Assembly: GCA_045690015.1 (NCBI GenBank)
Contig: CP145877.1
Coordinates: forward strand, 60,001 to 92,000
Reading direction: 5' to 3'
Source: Candidatus Saccharimonadota bacterium
GTDB taxonomy: Bacteria > Pseudomonadota > Gammaproteobacteria > Enterobacterales > Enterobacteriaceae
Length of the DNA: 32,000 nt
The position numbers and the translations under genes are program-made. Positions 1 through 6,903 of the stretch are shown in pieces (positions within the stretch are counted from its first letter, which is position 1; each line of letters opens with the position of its first letter). The notes beneath the pieces were generated by a model. It saw nothing but the letters and a program-made list of their open reading frames with translations. It did no database searches and was not told the origin of the DNA.

Positions 1-987
1 CGATATATTTTCTAATATAACATTGGCATCTTGTAAAGTACGGCGGCACATTAGGATAGTACGTTCTACTTTACTTAGAATCAAATTATCAAAATCTTTA
101 CGTGTTATAATAATATTATTATATTCATCTATATGAATAATAGTACTATATCTCTGACTAAGATCAATTTTTGCTGTAATAGCAGCATCTAATATTTTGC
201 GTTGTAAAATAGGATTAAGAGATTTTTCGTCTACTCCTATTTTATAACAAATCCAACTTACTAATAGCTGATCAAAATCATCTCCTCCCAGAGTAGATAT
301 CCCTCCCGTAGCCAAAACTTCAAATACAGTTTTATTTAAAAGAAGAACAGAAATATCAAAAGTACCTCCACCTAAATCATAAACTGCAATTAATCCTTCC
401 TGTCCTGAATCTAGACCATAAGCTATAGCAGCCGCTGTAGGTTCATGAAGTAATCTTAAAATCCTTAATCTAGATAATAATGCTGCTTGTTGAATATCTC
501 GACGTTGTAGCTCCGTGAAATAGGCTGGTACTGTAATAACAACTTCTAATAATTCATTACCAAATTTTTTCCTAACGCGTTCACCAAGTGCACTCAAAAT
601 ATCACTACAAACTTGAACAGGACTAATTATACCTGCTGATGTATTTATTACCACTAATCCTTTTTGATTTAATTGTAAATTATAAGGTAAATTTGGATAT
701 TTACTTTTTATTTCTTCTAATGAATAACCTAATAAACGTTTGACTGACATTATAGTGTTGAGAGGATCATACAATCCATATTTACGTGCTTCCCAACCAA
801 CGATTTTTTTTTCCTTATTATAATGTACTACGGAAGGTAATAAAACACGATTTTCTTCATCGGAAAAGGTCTCCACTTTTCCATTAAATACACTGGCTAC
901 TAAAGAATATGTGGTCCCTAAATCAATTCCAACTGCTAATTGATTTTTTTTTTCTTTAACTGGATCAGTAATTTGTAGTAAAGTCAT
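1..987 (-). CDS. hscA: Fe-S cluster chaperone HscA (Hsp70 type), N-terminal 329 codons; the 3' part lies beyond the left edge
   Basis: Not in the ORF track because it runs off the window. Minus-strand translation from ATG 985-987 reads MTLLQITDPVKEKKNQLAVGIDLGTTYSLVASV..., carrying the Hsp70 IDLGTT.S ATPase signature. The last 20 codons at the edge (TILMCRRTLQDANVILENIS) are stop-free. It lies directly downstream of hscB, as in the E. coli isc operon. Confidence 0.93.
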   Translation of the reverse strand, partial: MTLLQITDPVKEKKNQLAVGIDLGTTYSLVASVFNGKVETFSDEENRVLLPSVVHYNKEKKIVGWEARKYGLYDPLNTIMSVKRLLGYSLEEIKSKYPNLPYNLQLNQKGLVVINTSAGIISPVQVCSDILSALGERVRKKFGNELLEVVITVPAYFTELQRRDIQQAALLSRLRILRLLHEPTAAAIAYGLDSGQEGLIAVYDLGGGTFDISVLLLNKTVFEVLATGGISTLGGDDFDQLLVSWICYKIGVDEKSLNPILQRKILDAAITAKIDLSQRYSTIIHIDEYNNIIITRKDFDNLILSKVERTILMCRRTLQDANVILENIS

Positions 988-1009
988 AGATTTTACTTTC
1001 CAAATATGA

Positions 1010-1549
1010 TTAAAAATCAAAAAAACGATTCTCTAATTCATCCAGATGATGACGAAGTTTATTTAAAAATTTTAGCTTTTGCAACGTATTGACAGCTGAT
1101 TTCCACTGTTGGGATCCCATTTCTTTTTCTATTTGTATAGTAAATGTACTTATTAAATTGTCAATTTTTCTAACAAAATTATTTAATCTCACTTCATTAA
1201 GTTCTTGTTCAACTTTTTCACATTCTTCACGTAATTCTAATTGTTCTTTTAACAATCTAATATCTGTACAACTTTGTTCATTACATATATTAAAACCATA
1301 AAGAGAAAGGAGATACTCAGATCTTGAGAAAGATTTTCGTAATACTTGCCAAGCTTTATTTATTAAAGCACATCGTTCTAAAAAAAATTTTTTTTCTGTA
1401 GCTGATTTATTAATCCAATGATCTGGATGAAATTTCTGTTGTAATTCATAAAAACGTGTAGCTAGTAGTTTTTCATCAATATCAAATCCCACTGGCAATC
1501 TAAAAATCTCAAAATAATTAGTAGAGAGATTCCTTACATCTATATCCAT
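1010..1549 (-). CDS. hscB: Fe-S cluster co-chaperone HscB (J-domain protein)
   Basis: 179-aa ORF. N-terminal J domain with an HPD motif (QQKFHPDHW). Located between iscA and hscA as in E. coli. Confidence 0.93.
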   Translation of the reverse strand: MDIDVRNLSTNYFEIFRLPVGFDIDEKLLATRFYELQQKFHPDHWINKSATEKKFFLERCALINKAWQVLRKSFSRSEYLLSLYGFNICNEQSCTDIRLLKEQLELREECEKVEQELNEVRLNNFVRKIDNLISTFTIQIEKEMGSQQWKSAVNTLQKLKFLNKLRHHLDELENRFFDF

Positions 1550-1566
1550 AATCGACTAACCACATC

Positions 1567-1890
1567 TTAAATACTAAAGCTTTTACCACAACCACATTTA
1601 TATTTTACATTTGGGTTATTGAATTTAAAACCTTCATTCAAACCTTCTCTTGCAAAATCTAATTCTGTACCTTTTAAATATAAAAAATCTTTTTTATTTA
1701 TGAAAATCTTAATACCTTTTTCTTGTATCAGCATGTCATCTGTTTTTACCTCATCAACAAACTCCATAACATAAGCCAGACCAGTACAACCAGAAGTACG
1801 AACTCCTAAACGTACACCAAATCCTTTTTCTCTCTTACTTAATAAAGAACGAATTTGTGTAACTGCACTCTCACTTAAAGTAATGGACAT
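1567..1890 (-). CDS. iscA: Fe-S cluster assembly protein IscA
   Basis: MSITLSESA...GVRTSGCTGLAYVMEF...KYKCGCGKSFSI aligns with full-length E. coli IscA, including the C-terminal CGCG motif. The ORF-track start (1905) adds 5 residues. ATG at 1888-1890 matches the E. coli N-terminus and has GAGG 9 nt upstream. Confidence 0.95.
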   Translation of the reverse strand: MSITLSESAVTQIRSLLSKREKGFGVRLGVRTSGCTGLAYVMEFVDEVKTDDMLIQEKGIKIFINKKDFLYLKGTELDFAREGLNEGFKFNNPNVKYKCGCGKSFSI

Positions 1891-1916
1891 GATTTTTAAC
1901 CTCAACTGGTTTTTTT

Positions 1917-2315
1917 TTATTTAGATTCCTTAAATTCAATTTGTTTCCTCTTATAATCTGCAATCGCGGCTTTAATTGCATCTTCAGCTAAAATAGAGCA
2001 ATGAATTTTAACTGGAGGTAGCTCTAACTCTTCTGCAATATGAATATTCTTGATTGATTCTGCTTCATCTAAAGACTTTCCTTTTACCCATTCTGTAACT
2101 AATGAACTAGAAGCTATAGCTGAACCACATCCGTAAGTTTTAAATCGGGCATCTTTAATAATACCATTATTATCAACTTTAATTTGTAATTTCATTACAT
2201 CACCACAAGCTGGTGCACCTACCATGCCACTTCCAATCGAAGAATCTAAACTATCAAATGATCCAACATTTCGAGGATTTTCATAATGATCAATAACTTT
2301 TTTACTATAAGCCAT
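1917..2315 (-). CDS. iscU: Fe-S cluster scaffold protein IscU
   Basis: MAYSKKVIDHYENPRNVGSF...GAPACGDVMKLQ...TYGCGSAIASSS...HCSILAEDAIKAA is near-identical to E. coli IscU. The ORF-track start at 2324 is a GTG that overlaps the AAGGTGG Shine-Dalgarno, so ATG 2313-2315 is preferred. Confidence 0.97.
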   Translation of the reverse strand: MAYSKKVIDHYENPRNVGSFDSLDSSIGSGMVGAPACGDVMKLQIKVDNNGIIKDARFKTYGCGSAIASSSLVTEWVKGKSLDEAESIKNIHIAEELELPPVKIHCSILAEDAIKAAIADYKRKQIEFKESK

Positions 2316-2359
2316 ATATACCACCTTTCTATTTATTAGATTAATTAAACTAAACTATT

Positions 2360-3574
2360 TTAATTACATATCCAATTAATGCTATTAATATCTCTTCCTT
2401 GTTTATACATTTCCCATAAAGGAGATAGTTCTCGTAAACGATCAATAGATCTACATACTAAAGTAATTGTATAATCGATTTCCTCTTGGGTAGTAAAACG
2501 TCCTAGGGAAAATCGAATAGAACTATGCGCTAGTTCGTCATTTATTCCTAACGCGCGAAGTACATAAGAAGGTTCTAAACTAGCTGAAGTACAAGCAGAA
2601 CCTGAAGATACTGCTAAATCTTTCAACGCCATAATTAATGATTCACCTTCTACATAATTAAAGCTTACATTTAATATATTAGGTATACTATGGTTGAGAT
2701 CACTATTTAAATAAACTTCTTCAATATTTTTAATTCCATTCCACAGCAGATTACGTAATTTACGTAAACGCTCCATTTCACTATTCATCGTTTCTTTAGC
2801 AATACGACATGCTTCACCCATACCTACAATTTGATGTACTGGTAAGGTTCCGGCTCTTAAACCACGTTCATGACCACCACCATGTATTTGAGCTTCTAAG
2901 CGAATTCTAGGTTTGCGACGTACATATAAAGCTCCAATCCCTTTGGGACCATAAATTTTATGTGCAGAACAAGATAATAAATCAATTTTCAGATTAGCTA
3001 AATTAATAGGCAATTTTCCAACACTTTGAGTAGCATCAACATGATAAATAATATTATTATCACGACATAATTCACCAATAGCACTAATATCTTGTATTAT
3101 TCCTATTTCATTATTAACATGCATAATTGATACTAGAATAGTATCAGGGCGTATTTCATCTTCTAATTGTTTTAAATCAATCATCCCATTCTTTAATGGT
3201 GGGAGATAAGTAACAATAAATCCTTCACGTTCTAATTGACGACAAGCATCTAATACTGCTTTATGTTCTATTTTACTCGTAATAATATGTTTACCTTTAT
3301 TTTGATAAAATTTAGCTGTTCCTTTAATTGCAAGGTTATCTGATTCAGTTGCTCCTGAAGTAAAAATTATTTCACGAGGGTCTGATCCAATTAAATCTGC
3401 AATTTGATTACGAGCTATATCTACAGCTTCTTCAGCTTGCCATCCAAAACGATGTGAACGGGAAGCAGGATTACCAAAAATCCCTTCAGGTGTCATATAA
3501 AGAATCATTTTTTCCATGACACGGGGATCAATTGGGGTTGTGGCTGAATAATCCAAATAAATTGGTAATTTCAT
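2360..3574 (-). CDS. iscS: Cysteine desulfurase IscS
   Basis: 404 aa. [19 protein letters not shown]...[20 protein letters not shown]... aligns end to end with E. coli IscS. GGAG lies upstream of the ATG. Confidence 0.98.
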   Translation of the reverse strand: MKLPIYLDYSATTPIDPRVMEKMILYMTPEGIFGNPASRSHRFGWQAEEAVDIARNQIADLIGSDPREIIFTSGATESDNLAIKGTAKFYQNKGKHIITSKIEHKAVLDACRQLEREGFIVTYLPPLKNGMIDLKQLEDEIRPDTILVSIMHVNNEIGIIQDISAIGELCRDNNIIYHVDATQSVGKLPINLANLKIDLLSCSAHKIYGPKGIGALYVRRKPRIRLEAQIHGGGHERGLRAGTLPVHQIVGMGEACRIAKETMNSEMERLRKLRNLLWNGIKNIEEVYLNSDLNHSIPNILNVSFNYVEGESLIMALKDLAVSSGSACTSASLEPSYVLRALGINDELAHSSIRFSLGRFTTQEEIDYTITLVCRSIDRLRELSPLWEMYKQGRDINSINWICN

Positions 3575-3628
3575 TTAAAAACTCCGTTACCGTTATTAAT
3601 TTCCCTAACTGATAATAATTGTTAAAAA

Positions 3629-4051
3629 TTACCCTTTTTCAGCAATTCTATTAATCAATTCAGCTAAAGTAATCTTTTATAACTTCATTAAGATGATCCG
3701 TAAGATCACTCCATAAATAATGAGTCAAACAAACCTATCAATTTCCACAGTTTTTTTAACTCTACATTTACTTGCATCTACTCACTCTTCAATAGCATTA
3801 ATTATTATAGTAATTTTACTTACTTATTTCTTTACCTAAAAGGTAACCTCTCTCAGGACCATGAATACTGGATACGATTTTTTTTGCACAAAAGAGTAAA
3901 TAATTTTTATAAATAATAAATAGATATTTGTATTCCTTAACGTTCATAAATTTTTGCTAAAGATACTGGACTTTCCTTCCATCTGAAGAGATCGCTACAT
4001 CAAGGATAGCTGTAACTGCATAACGAAACGATCTTGAGATATTAGTATCAT
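3629..4051 (-). pseudogene. iscR: iscR pseudogene (Rrf2-family Fe-S regulator) with multiple frameshifts and nonsense codons
   Basis: Hand translation of the minus strand gives fragments colinear with E. coli IscR in shifting frames: MILISQDR / FRYAVTAILDVAISSDG / PVSLAKIYER*GIQISIYYL*KLFTLLCKK / IVSSIHGPERGYLLGKEISK / ITIIINAIEE*VDASKC / LTHYLWSDLTDHLNEVIK / ITLAELINRIAEKG*. Lesions seen: a 5-bp tandem duplication at 4022-4031, TAA at 3937-3939 and 3907-3909, TGA at 3782-3784, and a frame change at the 8-nt homopolymer 3878-3885. It sits upstream of iscS, as in E. coli. Confidence 0.88.
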
Positions 4052-4128
4052 TTATTTGACTACCTAAAAAAATATTTTATTGTTGATGATTAAAAGTCAG
4101 TTTATGATTTATCATAGGTAAATTTGTC

Positions 4129-4153
4129 ATAGTTGACTATTTTAGTCAACTAT
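4129..4153. promoter_or_regulatory. Perfect 25-bp palindrome matching the IscR type-1 operator consensus
   Basis: ATAGTTGACTATTTTAGTCAACTAT has 11-bp perfect arms. Every position fits the published E. coli type-1 motif ATASYYGACTRWWWYAGTCRRSTAT (recalled from the literature). It lies 78 bp upstream of the iscR relic ATG and 50 bp upstream of the suhB ATG. The sequence match is exact, but current function is uncertain. Confidence 0.6.
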
Positions 4154-4203
4154 AAATTTATTTTTGTGAATTAATTTCAGCCTAGCTCCTTAACAGAAGA
4201 TAA

Positions 4204-5013
4204 ATGATGCATCCATTTCTTAATATTGCTATACGCACAGCTCGTAAAACAGGTAATTTGATAATTAAAATTTATGAAAACCTAGATACGATCAATGAAA
4301 ACTCTTATATTATTTCTCATGTATTAAAAAAAGTGGAAAAGATTATAATTGATGTAATTCATCAATCTTATCCACAACATGAGATTATTTTCGATATTTA
4401 TCATCCCTTTAATATTAATACATCCAATATACAGTGGATAATTAATCCCATTAATGGAATTACTAATTTTAGTAAAAAATTTCCACATTTCGCTTTGGCT
4501 ATAGCAATCCGTGTTAAAGGTCAAACCGAAATTGCTGTAGTTTATGATTTTATGCGTAATGAATTATTTACCGCTGTACGAGGACAGGGGACTAAATTGA
4601 ATGGTTATCGTCTTCGTAGCAGTCGAACTAACCTTATAAAAAATATAACTAATATGCTTTTTGCTACTGATTTATCTGCAATAATCAATCATCCTAAGTC
4701 CAATGATTATATTCGAATAATAAAAAATCTTTTGAGGCAAGGTGTAAACCTTCGATCTACCGGTTCTGATATACTAGATTTAGCATATGTGGCAGCAGGA
4801 AGGTTTAATGGTTATTTCAACATTAGCACTAGCACCAATAATCTACCTCTATCATCTCTTATATGTGGTAAATTATTAATACGTGAATCTGGTGCTTTAG
4901 TAACAGATTATGGATCTTATAAAGAAGGAGTCACTCATAATGACCATCTCCTTGCTGGTAGTAATTCTTATATTCTTAAGTTATTAATAAAGGCTTTTGG
5001 TAGTGAGTACTAA
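4204..5013 (+). CDS. suhB: SuhB-family protein (inositol monophosphatase fold), probably catalytically inactive; Nus-factor/rRNA antitermination role presumed
   Basis: 269 aa, colinear with E. coli SuhB (MHPMLNIAVRAARKAGNLI..., PHFAxxIAxRxKGxTExAVVYDxMRNELFTAxRGQGxxLNGYRLR, LDLAYVAAGR). The canonical metal-binding motifs are replaced (see findings). The start could be the second ATG at 4207. Confidence 0.9.
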   Translation: MMHPFLNIAIRTARKTGNLIIKIYENLDTINENSYIISHVLKKVEKIIIDVIHQSYPQHEIIFDIYHPFNINTSNIQWIINPINGITNFSKKFPHFALAIAIRVKGQTEIAVVYDFMRNELFTAVRGQGTKLNGYRLRSSRTNLIKNITNMLFATDLSAIINHPKSNDYIRIIKNLLRQGVNLRSTGSDILDLAYVAAGRFNGYFNISTSTNNLPLSSLICGKLLIRESGALVTDYGSYKEGVTHNDHLLAGSNSYILKLLIKAFGSEY

Positions 5014-5014
5014 C

Positions 5015-6274
5015 TTAACTATATATTGGATATTCATTACAAAGAGATAATACTTCTTTTTTTACTCTTTTAACTATTTTTAAATTGTTAATGTTATTAA
5101 GAAGATCACACATCCATTCTGCAATATTTCGAACTTGTATTTCTTTTAAACCCCTTCTGGTAATTGCTGCCGATCCTATACGAATCCCAGATGTAATAAA
5201 TGCATTTTTTGGATCATTAGGGATATTATTTTTATTTACTATAATATTAGCTTTACTCAAAGCAGTATCTGCCTCTTTACCTGTAATATTTTTGTTACGT
5301 AAATCAAGTAAAAACATATGATTGAATGTACGACCTCCTACAACCGTGTAATTTCTATTTAAAAAAACTTCAACCATTGCTTGTGCATTTTTTACCACTT
5401 GATTTTGATATTCTCGAAACTCTGGTTCCATTGCTTCCTTAAAAGCAATGGCTTTGGCAGCGATAATATGCATTAACGGACCTCCTTGTTGGCCAGGAAA
5501 TACAGCTGAATTAAGTTTTTGATATAAATCCTTACTGCCTCCTTGTGCCAATATTAATCCTCCCCTAGGACCTCCAAGAGTCTTATGTGTAGTAGTGGTA
5601 ACGATATGTGCATATGGTAAAGGGCTAGGATAAACTCCTGCCACAACTAAACCAGCTATATGAGACATATCTACTAATAAAAATGCGTTAATACTATCAG
5701 TAATCTTACGCATCTTAATCCAATTAGCTTTTCCTGACCAAGCTGAAAAACCTCCAATGATCATCTTAGGTTGATAATATTTTGCTAAATACTCTAATTC
5801 ATGATAATCAATATCTCCTTCAGAATTAGTCCCATAATGTATGACACGGTAATTTTTTCCAGAGAAATTAGATGAACATCCATGAGTTAAATGACCCCCA
5901 TGAGTTAGATTCATACTTAGAATCATGTCTCTAGGTTCTAGTAAAGCATGATAAATTGCAAAATTAGCTTGAGAACCGGAATGGGGTTGCACATTAGCAT
6001 AATCGGCATGAAATAAAATCTTAGCTCGATCAATAGCTAACTGCTCTACGATATCTATATATTCACACCCCGCATAATATCTTTTACCTGGGTAACCTTC
6101 CGCATATTTATTAGTTAATTGTGATCCTTGCGCTTGCATAACACTATAACTAGCATAATTCTCTGAAGCAATTAAATTAATACTATTTTCCTGTCTTAAT
6201 TTTTCTTTTTGCAAAATTGACCATATTTCTGGATCATAATTAGCAAGAGGAACTGTGATTTTTTCTTTAATCAT
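5015..6274 (-). CDS. glyA: Serine hydroxymethyltransferase
   Basis: 419 aa with full-length similarity to E. coli GlyA, including the PLP region [14 protein letters not shown]. Confidence 0.98.
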   Translation of the reverse strand: MIKEKITVPLANYDPEIWSILQKEKLRQENSINLIASENYASYSVMQAQGSQLTNKYAEGYPGKRYYAGCEYIDIVEQLAIDRAKILFHADYANVQPHSGSQANFAIYHALLEPRDMILSMNLTHGGHLTHGCSSNFSGKNYRVIHYGTNSEGDIDYHELEYLAKYYQPKMIIGGFSAWSGKANWIKMRKITDSINAFLLVDMSHIAGLVVAGVYPSPLPYAHIVTTTTHKTLGGPRGGLILAQGGSKDLYQKLNSAVFPGQQGGPLMHIIAAKAIAFKEAMEPEFREYQNQVVKNAQAMVEVFLNRNYTVVGGRTFNHMFLLDLRNKNITGKEADTALSKANIIVNKNNIPNDPKNAFITSGIRIGSAAITRRGLKEIQVRNIAEWMCDLLNNINNLKIVKRVKKEVLSLCNEYPIYS

Positions 6275-6308
6275 TATTCTAGAAAAAGTTTAATTGACAA
6301 ATAACCTT

Positions 6309-6764
6309 CTATGTTTTTTTACGTCTCTGTTTAAAAAAATTTTTAAGCAAATTAGCACAATCAACCTGAAGAATATCTCCAGTTATTTGTACTTGGTGAT
6401 TAAAACAGCCCATGTTTTTTAATAACATACTGGAAGTAGTTCCAAAGATCTCATCACGTGCTCCAAAAACTAAATGATTAATGCGACTATGTAAAATTGC
6501 ACCGAAACACATTATACAAGGTTCTAGTGTAACATAAAGTGTAGTATTAAGCAATCTATAGTTTTTTAATATAATTCCCGCTCTACGTAATGCTAAAATT
6601 TCAGCATGACCAGTAGGATCATAAGTATTAATTGAACAATTCCAACCTTCACTAATTATTTTATTTGAACGAACTAAAACAGCTCCTACTGGTACTTCAC
6701 CCACTTTCAATGCATGATTAGCTAATTTCAAAGCATATCTCATCCAATATTCATTATGTGCCAT
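6309..6764 (-). CDS. tadA: tRNA-specific adenosine deaminase TadA
   Basis: 151 aa. Contains the CDA-type zinc motifs HAE (GHAEILALR) and PCxxC (LEPCIMCFGAI). The N-terminus EYWMRYAL matches E. coli TadA. Confidence 0.93.
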   Translation of the reverse strand: MAHNEYWMRYALKLANHALKVGEVPVGAVLVRSNKIISEGWNCSINTYDPTGHAEILALRRAGIILKNYRLLNTTLYVTLEPCIMCFGAILHSRINHLVFGARDEIFGTTSSMLLKNMGCFNHQVQITGDILQVDCANLLKNFFKQRRKKT

Positions 6765-6903
6765 TGCATTGCCAATTTATATTAAATTTTTAAATAACTA
6801 TACTAAATTATATTTTTATTTACTTAAATCAGATATAATGAAAAAGATTTGGGGTTTGAAACCCATAAAATTGTCTCTTAGATAAATAATTATAGAGGAC
6901 TCT

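Noticed and set aside
1089-1301. 70-aa plus-strand ORF inside hscB; similar small antisense ORFs at 4324-4524 (suhB), 5085-5321 (glyA) and an out-of-frame sense ORF at 8660-8881 (gyrA)
   Set aside because: All are nested in well-supported genes on the other strand or in another frame, and none has any recognisable similarity.
4368-4376. Perfect DnaA-box nonamer TTATCCACA
   Set aside because: It is a single box inside suhB coding sequence (it encodes the conserved SYPQH), with no cluster of boxes or AT-rich unwinding element arrangement, so it is probably coincidental.
6294-6299. Consensus TTGACA on the plus strand between glyA and tadA
   Set aside because: No acceptable -10 lies at 16-18 bp, and it would drive transcription antisense to tadA, so it is probably fortuitous.
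6834-6864. TATAAT hexamer (6834-6839) and a small GGGTT/AACCC hairpin (6852-6864) in the gyrA upstream region
   Set aside because: It is plausible as a gyrA promoter and leader. However, TATAAT-like hexamers are abundant in this AT-rich DNA, there is no credible -35, and the hairpin is only 5 bp. That is not enough to annotate.
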